The position numbers and the translations under genes were made by a program. A model generated the notes under the pieces. It did no database searches, was not told the origin of the DNA, and saw only the letters and a program-made list of their open reading frames with translations. Positions 23,246-36,277 of a stretch of DNA of 64,000 nt are shown here, piece after piece (within the stretch, counting starts at the first letter, position 1; every line of letters starts with the position of its first letter). Source of the stretch: Psilocybe cubensis (lineage: Eukaryota); assembly GCA_017499595.2 (NCBI GenBank), contig CM039006.1, positions 2,480,001 to 2,544,000 on the forward strand, in the 5' to 3' direction.

Positions 23246-25383
23246 ATGCAGTCAGCGTTCACTGCCCTGCTCGCTGCAATTGTTCTTGCACTTATAACTA
23301 GAAAACTGCTGAAAACAACAAAAGAGAAAAAGCTCTTTCCTCCTGGACCAAAAGGACTCCCTCTTATTGGAAATGCGCTTGATTTTCCGACTGAAAATCT
23401 GGGACCTGCATATACTCAGTGGGGAAAGCAGTACAATAGCAAGCTCATTTCACCTTTGGTAACATTGAAAACAACTAACTAAGAAGATGAAAGGTGATAT
23501 CCTCCACGCCAGTGCCTTTGGATCCCATGTCATTATAGTCAACAACCGACAAATGGCAGATGAGCTGTTCGATAGAAGAGCTGTCAAACACTCGGATCGT
23601 CCATCCCTACCTGCACTTGATCTGTGAGTGAAACTAACAATTCTATCTGCGTCTAACTGAACGCGCTTAGATCTGGGATGACGTCGTACAATTTGGGTGT
23701 CATGAGATATGGAGATAAATGGCGTCTTCGTCGAAAACATGCCTTGCAAATATTTCGTCAGGCTGCGTCACCACCGAATGATTTCAGTAATACAATTGTC
23801 GACGGAGTCCATAAAGCGCTCAAAGGATTATTGCACAGTCCAGAGAACCTGTGGGACCACAACAAAATGTACGTATTCCCTGTTCGCTCAAAATATGGTA
23901 TCGTATTGCTTATCTCGATTGTTTAGGTTATCAATTTCAATTCCCATGTCCTCGATGTACGGATACGACGCCAAGTCAACTGATGACCCGTGTATAGTCG
24001 CGGCCGATCAAACCTTCACTCTGGGAATGGAGTTGTCGTCGCCTGGGGGAAGCTTAATTAACATAATACCTCTTCTTCGTCATATCCCACCATGGATCCC
24101 TGGGGCTATTTCTCAACGAAAGGCCGAGGTGTCCAGAAAGCTTACAGAACTGATGATTTCTATTCCACTGGAATTTACAAAAGCGCGAGTGGTAAGTTTT
24201 TTTGGTCTGGCTTCCTTGGTTAGTGATAATTACATGATCTACCAGGCAGAAGGAAATGCTAGACCATCTGTAGTTGGAAACTTCCTCGAAAAAAAGAATA
24301 CGGTCGGTGTTTCAGAGGAGGAGGAAGAGGCAGTAATGTCTGTTGCCTCCACAGCTTATGCGGGTAACTCCTCTACTATACTTCTATCAAATTTTGGTAT
24401 CTAATATACATAATTCGCAGCTGGGTCGGACACTGTAAATCATTTATCAACAGCCTATCGCTGCAATGTTCTGACATGAAATGCTTTAGACGCAATCAGC
24501 CACCGGAACATTCTTGTATCTCATGGTCCTTCACCCGGATATCCAGAAGAAAGCCCAGGCGGAGATTGACAGTGTGTTGGGGGGAAAACGGCTGCCAACA
24601 TACGAAGACCGCCCATCTATGCCGTATATTGAGGCAATATACCGCGAAGTACTTCGATGGAGACCACCAGGCTCAGTCGGGTTTCCTCATTCCTCAACAG
24701 AAGATGACTTTTATGGCGGATATTTTATTCCTAAAGGTACGTTTTCCCGATCCAATCATCAGCAACAACATTCTTACTTCCGAATAATACAGGGAGTACT
24801 CTAATGGCAAATATATGGTTAGTTCTAGCTACAGTGTTGATGACTTTCTAATTTAATATCCAGGGCAATGACGCACGATGAAACAAGATATGAAAATCCA
24901 CTAAGTTTTAATCCAGAACGATTCATCAACCCTGATGGAACTCTCAATGACGACGATAGAATCATGGCATTTGGCTTCGGAAGACGGTATGTTCGCGAGC
25001 TTATTGTCAGTCTGAGTCCACAAAACTAATAAAAATGTTAATGCAACAGAGTTTGTGTAGGGAAGCACGTCGCCAGCGCTACAGTAATGACTGATATCTC
25101 TTCCACACATATTGGTGGCTAATACATCTTGAAAGCTCTGGTTAACGTTTGCGTCTATTCTGGCCGTCTTCAATCTGGAGAATGCAAAAGATAAATCTGG
25201 GAATATAATCAAAGTCAACGATGAATACTATGAATTTGGGCTCATTAGGTATGTGACGCGTCCTCAACATTTATTTTTCATATGTGGCTGATATAAATTT
25301 TCAGTCGTAAAAAACCCTTTGAGTGCTCAATTCTACCTCGTTCTGACGCTTCCAGGGAGCTGGTAGAGCAACTTGATGCTTAG
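23246..25383 (+). CDS. Cytochrome P450 (basidiomycete CYP64/CYP5144-like clan), paralog 1
   Basis: N-terminal anchor + PPGPKGLPLIGN; I-helix AGSDT microexon (24421-24434); ExxR (REVLRW); PERF; heme motif FGFGRR-VCVG. Confidence 0.95.
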
Positions 25384-25774
25384 CTTTACTTTATAAAATG
25401 TAATTTGATCACTCGTAATGACCTTAACTGAATCCTTTGCATACGAATAGTACATATATTACCACCAAATACATCTTTATAATAGGAAGAAACTAAGTGA
25501 TTTCTTTGTTTTCTAATATTGGCCAAGAACGATACAAAGGTTTCTCCCAAAAATTCAGGGCTTCCTGCCGTCGCCGATAATACCGTCCCGTTTAACATAT
25601 TAGTTGTGAGGTTGCCGGCCGTAAAAGTAATACAAATTCCAAAATTTCATCATCAGCCGCCTTTTCGAGTTTTTAAACGCAGATTGAAATATTGATATCC
25701 GACCGAGATTTTTCCACAGGCTAGTTGATGTTTCTTGTTTGCAACCGCGATCATATGTGAGCAGATCCGCCAAA

Positions 25775-28700
25775 ATGTCAGAACCAAAACCCATACGCCG
25801 CCTTGACGAGAATCTTATCAACAAAATTGCAGCAGGAGAGGTAAATAGGTGCTTTAAAGGCGCGAAACTACTTATTAGCAGACGTATAGATCATTCACAG
25901 ACCGGCTTCTGCGTTGAAAGAACTCGTCGAGAACAGTCTTGACGCTGGTGCGACCTCCATCAAAGTCACAGTTAAAGATGGTGGTATGAAGCTGTTGCAG
26001 ATACAGGATAATGGATGTGGAATACGCGTAAGTTCTTGCTTTAACCATGATTCTTTCCTTTCATACATATTCGAGCAGAAATCAGATCTCCCTATTCTCG
26101 CTGAACGTTTTACAACATCTAAACTATCCACTTTCTCCGACCTCTCTCGGATTGCAACCTATGGTTTTCGTGGAGAAGCCCTCGCGTCTATATCACATGT
26201 TGCACGCCTTTCTGTCGTCACAAAGACCAAACCTGACTCTTGTGCGTGGAAGTATGTACATTTTTCGTCATCTACATTAAAAGCATTCTTACTTTTCGAC
26301 AGAGCTACATATGTCGATGGATCTTTGGTAGATGCTAAAACAGGGGAAAAGGCAGACCCACGTCCATGTGCCGGGAACGACGGGACGACCATCACGGTTC
26401 GTCCATCTTGTTTCGTGCGCTTCGCGTTCTTTGTTCAGTTAGCTTCAGATAGAAGACCTATTCTACAACACTCCGACGCGCCTTTCTGCACTACGAAGCT
26501 CTTCTGAAGAATATGCACGGATTCTTGACGTCCTCACCAAATACGCGATCCATAATCCCACCGTGTCATTCCTCTGTAAAAAGGTTGCCTTCCCTTGCCC
26601 TTTCCCACCTCTGGCCCAGTTGACGGTTGCTGGAATGATAGGCAGGGTCACCTTCTCCAGATCTCTCGACTCCCTCTAGGTCAGATACACCTACGGCCAT
26701 TCGACTATTATATGGACACTCTATTGCGAAAGAGTTGGTCCACCATACGGTTTCCTCGTCAATCAAGAAGAAACGGAAAGGTAGGCAGACAGAGGAAGAC
26801 ATGGACGTAGATGGCGAAGATGAAGAGGAAGACCAAATGCAGGCAGAAGATACCGATTTACAATCAGAGTCAGAGTCATGGTCTGCCGAGGCATACTTCA
26901 GCAATGCGAACTACCAAGCAAAAAAGATGGTCTTTCTCCTTTTTATCAATCGTCAGTAGCTGTTTGAAATCTGGGTGTCCAGAGATACCGATTTCTCAAA
27001 TAGACAGGCTCGTTGAATCGCCACGGATGAAGAGGGCACTTGAAGCGTGTTATGTGAGTGTGCTTCCCAAAGGGACAGCGCCGTTTGTGTACCTCAGGTC
27101 CGCGTCATTCTATGTTATTTCGGCTACCCACTTCATTTTTTTCTTCTCTACGTCTCCAGTCTCCAGATCGATCCGCGCGCCGTTGACGTCAACGTCCACC
27201 CGACCAAGCGGGAAGTGCATTTTCTGAACGAGGAGCAGATCACCGAGCGCATTGCGGATGCGGTGCAGATGTGTTTGGCCAAGGGGAATGCTAGTAGGCG
27301 ATTTGAATATCAGGTGAGTTTGTTTCACTGGAATTGGGGGATAGGTTGTAATACGATGCATAGACAACCTTGATGGGTGGTATTCTTGGTGATGAAGATG
27401 CAAGGGCACCTCCTGCGTCTGTGACAAGTTCGAGGAAGAGATCGAGGAAGGAGAGGGACCAGAATTCATCTGGAGATGAATACGGAGAAGAAGAGGTAGA
27501 AGGGAACATAGAAACTTCTGGTGTTTCAGTTTCCACATCCAGTGCGTCTGATTATTCCTTTCCCTCTTCCTTGATACCATGCTTACGAAACGCGCCTATC
27601 CCGATCTATTGACGAATAAAGCCGAGACGCAAAGGAAGGTATACTCACATCATAAAGTACGCACATCCGTGCGGGACCGGACATTGGATTCTATGTTTCC
27701 TATCGCTCACTCACAAACGAGCCAAGCGCCTCCTGGAGCAGTCGAATCGCCTTTGTCTCCCGGTGTTTCAAATACTACCATGGCAGCTGAGGGAGTAACA
27801 GCAGCAGCGAGTCCAAATACACAGACAAATCTTAAATCAAGAGAAGTGAAGGAGTCACAATGCTTTCTGACGAGCGTAAAAACTTTGAGGCAGAAGCTTG
27901 TAAAAGGCAAACACCCACGTAAGTTCATGCGAGACTGACACGAACTGTTAAATGATAAATCCATCAACGCTTCCCTGACATTTTACAGAATTGACAGAGA
28001 TTCTGGAGAAACATATCTTCATCGGCATTGTGGATCTGAAGCGTTGTCTCTCACTCATACAGTGTTCGACCAAACTGTATTTAGTCAACCACGATGCACT
28101 TGCGTACGTCTTCTATTTCACATTCCACTTGCTTCTATCACGAAAGTTCCAACTAACAACACTGATTTAATACTTATAGCGAGGAGCTATTTTACCAGCT
28201 TGGTCTGAGGCAGTTCGGGGACATGAGTAGGATCAAGCTAGACCCAGCACCATCGTTGCATGAGCTCGTTCAAATTGCAGTTGACGCGGAGGACACCATT
28301 GAAGGGACAAAGCTCACCAAGGCCGAAATTGTTCAGGTGCGTCGTGTTTTTATCGTTTTTCTTCCCCGCCCCATTTTAGCTCACCACGACTTTCTCATTA
28401 ATGTGATCGCCGTGACTACCAGCGTATCGTCAAGGTTCTTGTGGACAGACGCGAGATGCTCGCGGAGTACTTTTCCCTTACGATTACCGAAGACGCACGC
28501 GTAGAGAGTATCCCGCTACTGTTGAGGGATTACATCCCGAATTTGGATAATTTACCGAGCTTTCTCATGAGACTTGGCCCACAGGTGCGTTTGTTGTCTA
28601 TTTAACTCCAATATGAGTTTACTGCAAGTTCTTGAGTGAGAGGGAGTGGAATGACAGTGTCATGACTCTGCTCGCACCCAAGAGCAGATATTGAGAAGTG

Positions 28701-29088
28701 TGTTATTGATAACCTTTGCTAGGTCGATTGGTCTTCTGAGATGGAATGTTTCGAAACCTTTCTCCGCGAGCTCGCGTACTTTTATGTCCCGACTCCTCCG
28801 ACTCCTGATCCTGACGAACAAGAATCAGGTATAGTTCATGATGCCTCGAGTAAAGATCTAATGAACGGAAAAAATCCTGAAGCAGAGACCGCAGGGGACG
28901 AGCGCGACGGCAAAGACAATGCGAAACCAAATGAAAAGGACCTGTACAAATCTGAGCGATGGCAAATCCAGCATATTCTGTTCCCAGCTATGCGTCGGTA
29001 TTTGATCGCGCCCAAATCACTACTCGACCGCGATGTCGTGCAGATCGCGAACTTGCCTGATTTGTATAAGGTTTTTGAGAGATGCTAA
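25775..29088 (+). CDS. MLH1: DNA mismatch repair protein MLH1 (MutL homolog)
   Basis: [68 protein letters not shown] and the MLH1-specific C-terminal FERC*. Confidence 0.97.
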
Positions 29089-29467
29089 TTTGGAATTATG
29101 ATTGACTGGTAGTGGTTTGCTGGACGTTTTCCATCTTGACAACCCTGTTTTCATAGGGCTTCGACACTTATATTAGGGAGCTTTCTACCAATGTTTCGAT
29201 CGTGTGATTACCGCGTGCGAACTTACCAGCAAGACCCGCCGATATTTGTGATGCGGCAAGATTCTACTAGAGCATGCCACTGTACTGGCATAGCAAATTA
29301 ATTGTTCTAGTTGGCCCCCCAAACCACGCGCCTTCTTGGACCATTAACTAACAGTTTTGTAGCAAGAACACTTGAAGAACAAAGTGCCTGATATCATAGG
29401 ATATCAGAACATTTTGGATTCAAACACGGCGAATAGGTGTAAACCAATAAAAGAACAGAAAATATCA

Positions 29468-30479
29468 TTACACCGAGATTACAAAGAGGCGAAACACATC
29501 ATCATTCGGAGTAGTTGGCGTTTGGTATTCAGGATATGTTGACAACTGGCCGTCGGCGGCGATTTCGGTGATGCCGCTGATTTTGGTTGAACCTTTCATC
29601 AACACAGCCCTCATTCTTCGAGGACAGAAAAAATGCTGGAGGTTGGAGTTATCAGCTGTACAGAGAGTATCGTGAAGAGATATACGAACATGATTCCACC
29701 GATCTACCACTTTTGCGACTTTGTTCCCTTTTCTTCCCTTCATAAGCATTTGGACTCCTGCCCCTGTTAGTTGACCTGCGATATTTTAAGCCGATAACTC
29801 GAGATTTCTGATGCAAAACAGAGAATATGAATACGAAACTCACCAACAAGTGGCAGGCTGGATATGATGGGGACACTAAACGATCTATTTATATCCTTCT
29901 CAGTCAGTGACGCTGCCGCGCGTAAAGCCTCCAAAAAGCTTCAACCATAATAAGTCCTTCGATAGGATATGCATAGTAAATTGGCCCAGCTCACCTTAAC
30001 CAATCGCTTTCAGTGACATCATGATATGTGAACGGATGTGGATGAATGACCGAAGGAGGAGGAACTGGAGGAAAGCCTTTCTCTAGAGTTTTGCCGTTCG
30101 CTGCCAGAAATAACGGTTTAAAGGACTCGTATGAGATATGTGCTGGTGGCACCCGGGAAAAGGCGGTTGGAAGTTCGGTGTCGCTGAACAGTGATGTTGT
30201 CAAAGTTCCTTTGCTTGATGAAGCTTGGTGTGATCCTGACGGTGAGACGGGGCTGATGGTATATGGAGTCTGGAATGCTGTGTTAGATGACGGTGTGGTG
30301 GAACTGGAAGCACTAGAGTCGACATCCAGCTCTGGGATGGTCGGAAAGACTGGAACCTTATCAACAGGCTCAAAGCTGCGAATATCCTCGACTCTGTAGG
30401 AAGGAGGGCGCTGAGACGTATGGTCGTAGAGTTGACTGCTGCTACCTGCATCGTTCATGTTGTTCTCTGGGACGATCAT
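29468..30479 (-). CDS. Hypothetical protein (Ser/Pro-rich N-terminus), multi-exon
   Basis: ORF 29991..30563 (PPPSVIHPHPFTYHDVTESDWLR) splices to FLEALRAAASLT..., VVDRWNH-HFFCPRRM..., FRLFVISV*; GT-AG introns. Confidence 0.7.
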
Positions 30480-31014
30480 ACTGAAAGCGCGAGGAGGAAG
30501 GAGTAAATAGTCTATATAGCACCAGTAATAGTCGGTAACTGTTCCGTTGGCATCGTCGTGCACAGTTAATCATGTTAATTATGTCATACAGATAGACTAA
30601 CAAAGCGATGAGGCCGTGTTGTCTATTGAGCGGGCTTTGAATTTGATACCTACGGACTATGGCACTGTTTCAACTGCGGCGCAGTGGCACAACGGACTCA
30701 GAACTCGTATCTCGCCAGTACAGTAAAGGAAGGGCAGTAATGGCAGTAATAACAGCAATAAACCAGGTTTTGCGCTCCCATTGATGTAACAGTTACTTGG
30801 ACACAGCTGTAGCTTTGTGAGTTTCAAACGGATTGCTAACCTGATTCATTGCTCCGGTGAATGTTAAACAAAAATCTACACTGATTTGAACAAAGCGTCA
30901 TCGAGAAGAACACGATGTTTTAAGCGCCGGTAGCTAGGGATCTTGTGCTTCACGGTTGCTATAGTGAAGCTGTATAAAATTATAATAGTACATACATTTT
31001 GATTTGTACAACAA

Positions 31015-32136
31015 CTAATCTTCCTCATAAACTCGAATGTGACCCCTTCCCCAATTCTCCATTACCTTCTGACCCATCCCTGTAGGCTGAGAGAACGCAA
31101 TCTGACCGCTATCGGGGGTAAGCGGGCAGCCGTGTATAAAGGTTGCAGCAGCCGCGTCCAGAAGCGCTCTGGCAATGCCTAGACGACGGTGGGAATGGGA
31201 AACGAAGAGGCGAGGAATGCCCATGGTTGTCGGAAGAAGCTCAGGTGAGCAGAATAGGCCGGTATCCGAGTCCACGAGCACGAGGGCGCTCGATGTGTCA
31301 GTTGAAAGCGCATCGCATTTCTTAATCACAGCCATGGCAGAGGAAATTCGTTGGGCGATCACACACCCGACAATCTTTTCTCGATTCTTCTGTGTGTCAT
31401 GGGGCACTAGAAAAAGATACGCTTTTGAGGATTGTAGGACATTGTGAGAGAGTTCTGGAGATGAAAGGGTGGTGTTGACGACTTTATACAGAGCAGAAAG
31501 CTAGATAGATGCTGCGAGGTCAAGTAATAATCTGGGATAAGGCGGATACCGGCTACGTACCTTGGTCCCTAGTTTCCCTCCAGGATCCGCTGGCAGACAA
31601 ATGATTCTGCCTTTTCCCTTCATACCTCGCAGCTTAATGCAACTTTTCACGTCCACAACAATGTTTTCCGTTCCTCGCATCCGATCCTTTTCTTCTTCAC
31701 GACCCCATTCTAATTCTTGCTGCACGCGTAAGCAGTGTGCTTTGTGAAGTGCTTCGTCGTCTAACGCGCCCTTAATGTATGATAAGTCGCACAAAGGGCA
31801 TTTGCGTAAAACAGAACGGTCGATATTGAAGTGCAGTTGGGTTAATGTTTTTTGATCTGACTTCTTCGTCGACTTGGGTGGTGGTTTTGACTTGGACTTC
31901 AACGTCGTCGATGTCCCGACGTGTTTGGTCTTCTTATATGGTGAGAAGAGGGGTGCTTTGGTCTTTTTTTCCTCTGTGCTTAGTGTTTCCGCGAAACCAC
32001 GCTTGCTTGACCTAGAGGGTGGTGGCGTGGAAGGAGGACTAGATGTAAGTGCGGAGGTGCTAGAAGAGTGTGGAGTACGATGTTTGAGGTTTTGATTGCG
32101 TGAGCCATAGGTGCGTTGTACTTTTGAGGAGCTCAT
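31015..32136 (-). CDS. ECO1: Sister-chromatid cohesion N-acetyltransferase Eco1/ESCO
   Basis: PIP-like LTQLHF, C2H2 finger CPLCDLSY...DEALHKAHC, acetyltransferase motifs GIPRLFVSHSHRRLGIARALLD and IAFSQPTGMG; one intron ~31501-31560. Confidence 0.92.
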
Positions 32137-32262
32137 GGATACAAGCAAAGAAGAAGGCTTCGTTGTTTGTTTACAATATTACTGGCAGACGCGACGCGTT
32201 TGTTTGGCCTTGTTGTCGTGTCATACTCACGCTTCTCCTATTTCATGGATTGGGAATTTTTG

Positions 32263-32410
32263 TAGGGCATCGCACCGTACGTACTACGGGTACGGCCGTA
32301 TGGTATACGGCAAAAATACGGGGGAGAAGTTGTGTAATACGTACCGTATAATGTATTTAAGGAGTCCCTTACGGTACGGTACGTCCTTGATACGGGTCTA
32401 TGACCGTCAT
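32263..32410. mobile_element. Probable truncated DNA-transposon end (hAT-like) with subterminal TACGG/CCGTA repeats
   Basis: Begins TAGGGC and contains about ten TACGG/CCGTA motifs in both orientations within ~125 bp; no matching opposite end found. Confidence 0.4.
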
Positions 32411-32618
32411 ATCTCTCTCTGGAAAGAACTAATCTATGTTTGATTAACCATAAGGAAACAAGGGATAGTGTTCCGTAGTGAATAACGGTGAAGAATAAAA
32501 AAACGATTAGAGGCAAACTCATTAGGACATGAATAAATTAATTTTTAGTAATGAATTTAATTGTGTGTTACATTGGTGTTACAAAAGAAGAAGAGCAAGT
32601 AAAAACGTCGACGACAAT

Positions 32619-34794
32619 TTAACCATCCAGGTCTTCTACCAACTTCATAGAAGCTTTGGATCGTGGTTCGATTGAGCATTCGAACGGTGTTTTACGACTA
32701 AACGATGATTTAGTAATCCCAGAAGAATACAACAGCGTATCACCGATGGCGCATCACATACCTCATGAACCCAAATTCATTGTATTCACCGTTGACTTCA
32801 ATTATATTTCCAGACTTATCTCGTGCCTTTGTGAGATCAAATACAGCCAAAATGGATGCAAATGTCAGCCAGAGCTATAAAGATTTTTTAATGTCATTAA
32901 CCAGCAACAGATTTATGACTCTGAGTAAAATTGGGCATTACTGTAGCGCTGGCCAGATGTTTCCCAACGCAGATCCTAATTTTAATCAAGATGTGATATG
33001 TGCATCAGCTGTAGTCCACTTATTCAGAAAGTCTTGGTCATACCGTCTTCCGAACCCATAGGCCATAATTCGGTCATCGTCGTTCAGGGTGCCATCCGGA
33101 TTGATAAACCGTTCTGGATCAAACGCATTGGGTTTTTGTATCTTGTCTCATCATGTGTCATTGCCCTAAAAACTCTTTTAGTAACGCATCTATAAGGGCA
33201 ACTTCATACAACAAACCAAATATTCCCTAGGAGTGCTGTTCCTGTCATATATTACAAGCTAAGAGATTCCGTCTTGATAGTTGAAACTGATAACACACCT
33301 TTGGGAATGAAATATTCATCGTAAAAGTCATCTTCAGTTGAGCAATGGGGAAATCCAACTGCGCCTGGTGGTGCCCAACGAAGGACCTCGCGGTATATTG
33401 CCTCAATGTATGGCATAAATGGACGATCTTCGTATGTCGGGAGCCGTTTTCCTCCCAGTACACTATCAATTTGTGCCTGGGCTTTTATTTGAATATCCGG
33501 GTTGACGACCATGAGATATATGAAAGTTCCAGTGGCCGATTGCGTCTGAGAAACTCTACGTCAGAACACTGAAGCAATACGTTTTTATTAGATGGATTAC
33601 AGTGTCCGATGCAGCTGCAAAATTATATATCAGACAGTTCTTGCTACAGATAAAACAAAATGATTACCCGCGTAAGCTGTAGAAGCGACAGACATTATTG
33701 CTTCTTCGTCCTCCTTTGAACATCCTACGGTATTTTTCTTCTTAAGGAAGTCTCCAACAACGGATGGTCTAGCTTCCCTTCTGCCTGGCGGATATCATAA
33801 AATTATTGCTGAGCAAGCAAATCAGACCGAATCCTACCACTCGCGTTTTTGTGAACTCCAGTGGAATTGAAATCATCAATGCTGTGAGCTTTCTGGACAA
33901 CTCTGCTTTTCGTTGAGAAACTGCTCCTGGGAACCATGGTGGGACATAACGAAGAAGCGGAATTATGTTGATTAAACTTCCCCCTGGTGATGCCAACTCC
34001 ATTCCGAGACTGAAGGTCTCATCTGCAGCAACTATACACGGGTCATCAGTCGACTTGGCGTCGTATCCATACATCGATGACATGGGAATTGAAATTGATA
34101 GCCTATACAATTTAGATAAGAAATGCAATACCATATTGTGAACCAAAAGGGTTTACATCTTGTTATGGTCCCACAAGTTTTCTGGGGTGTTCAACAATCC
34201 TTTAAGCGCTTTATGAACACTGTTGACAATTGTGTTACTGAAATCATTCGGTGGTGACGCAGCCTGACGAAATATTTGCAGGGCATATTTTCGACCAAGA
34301 CGCCATTTATCTCCATATCTCATGATGGCCAAATTGTACGACGTCATCCCACATCTAAGCGCGTTCAGCCAGACGCCAATAAACTGCCTGAATGTGCTGC
34401 TTTTACTCACAAATCAAGCGTATGAAGGGATGGGCGATCTGAAAATTTGGCGGCTCTCCTATCGAACAGCTCATCCGCAATTTGGCGGCTGTTGATTATG
34501 ATGACATGGGATCCAAAGGCACTTGCGTGAAGAATGTCACCTTTCAGTTTCAACCATGTCAGTTAGATGCCTTCATGCTATACTGATTGAATTGAACTTG
34601 CTGTTATACTTCTTTCCCCACTGAGCATATTCAGGCCCAAGATTCTTAGTGGGGAAATCAAGCGCATTTCCAATTAAAGGGAGCCCTTTTGGTCCAGGCG
34701 GAAAGTGCCTCTTCTCTTTTTTTATTGTCAAAAACGTTTTAGTTATCAGCGCAAGGAATATCGCAGAGATCAGGGCAGCAAAGAAGGGCGGCAT
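32619..34794 (-). CDS. Cytochrome P450, paralog 2 (close duplicate of 23246-25383, opposite orientation)
   Basis: Same intron positions and near-identical peptides (LSISIPMSSMYGYDAKSTDDPCIVAAD, LGGKRLPTYEDRP); heme motif YGFGRR-ICVG. Confidence 0.95.
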
Positions 34795-35112
34795 GCTTTA
34801 CGATATTTGGGTTGACCAGGTAGCAGGCAACCGCGCTCTATATCCTCTTATCTTAACCTCATTAGATACTCTTCACACGGTCCTGACTGTATCACTACCA
34901 TCCAATGTATTTTTAAACATTTCTTATACTGAGAACTGTGAAGGCCAGTAACGAGGTGAGTGAATCTATGCTAACACTCCAATCTAGGCATTTTATTTCA
35001 TTTTCTAATCAACGCTGTTTACATCTTCAATTCACTATTTAGCGCCTTTTTCGTAATGTCATGCCAGTGCTTAGGCTTGGTGTTCGGTACAAGCTTCAAA
35101 TTTTTTTCACTG

Positions 35113-36277
35113 TTATACGTTTGTAGGAATTTCTTGTAAAACCCCGAGATTAAGATCATGCAAGCGATAGCGCTTCAATGTAACATGAAAGGCCCTGCAA
35201 TGTCAGTCAGTCAGATTAATATAAAGAAATATTGACGATGATTTTCCTTGACACATACATATATCCGTTTACAAATTCTTTCCAAGGAAGATAAGCTTCT
35301 GTATCCTCCAAACCTCTTGTGATACGTCCATGTGCCGCTAGTGCATCGTCCAATGTTGCTCGTAGGGTATCAGGTATACTTCTTTGCTCTACATTGGCAC
35401 GATTATATACATAGTTGTGTTTCTCTCCAGAAAGATACTCTTTATAAAACCTGTGTGATAATTTCAGCTAAGGAACAACACTTGAAGTAAATTGATACCA
35501 ACGAAAGTACATCATTTACAAGATCTATAAACAAAATGATATCGTCTACCACTTGTATATAGATCGATAGATCAATCCGGAGAACCGTGGGGAAAATTGC
35601 AAATGCATAGACGGCAGAAGCGCCCGTCTTTCGTCGCAGGTTGTATGGCCATGATAATGCATTGCGTGAAAGCTTCATTTCGCGGATGGTTGACATTTGT
35701 TCTAGGAGGCAGCCATTGATGAAATCCATTGCAGCTTGAGACATGCAATTAGCAGGAATTGGGTCCCAGAAGCGATAAAAGCCGTTCATTGCATCATGGA
35801 AGGATTCGAGGATACTGCCATTAGGGTCCTCCTTTTGAAGTATACGTTTTTGGAAGCTCTCCAAACTTGAAGGGTACTTGTGGCCAAGGTCATCAATATT
35901 GATTAAATACCTAATGACGGTTTTGAGTCTGGATATCTGTAAAAGAAGTGCATTGTATATTGCGCTTACCACGTAAATTTTGCAAGGTGAAACCGTAGCT
36001 CAGAAGAACGTTCTGAGTAAGGAAGCTAGAGTATATGGACTTATTTTCAGAAAGGGGTAGCACCTTGGTAGGATCACAATTAACTTGCCTCTGCTAGGCT
36101 TGTAGCTTCATGGCACATGTTTTCAAACCACTCCAGGCCATCGTCATACATGGAGACCTCAGACTTTAAGGTCTGAAAGGTTTCATTTTGGTTGCATACA
36201 GGTTTTTTGGGAGAATAATTGAGGTTTGAAAGAAGACAAGAAACAATCTCCGTAATGAATGAATCCGGATGCTCCAT
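35113..36277 (-). CDS. Sesquiterpene synthase, trichodiene-synthase (TRI5/Cop6)-like family
   Basis: Asp motif variant IDDLGH, pyrophosphate-sensor region LRRKTG, NSE triad NDVLS-FYKE, terminal KRYRL; FINGCLLE typical of this family. Confidence 0.88.

Noticed and set aside
23246-34794. Psilocybin-cluster PsiH assignment for the P450s
   Set aside because: Same broad clan only; no decarboxylase, kinase or methyltransferase genes are present in the window.
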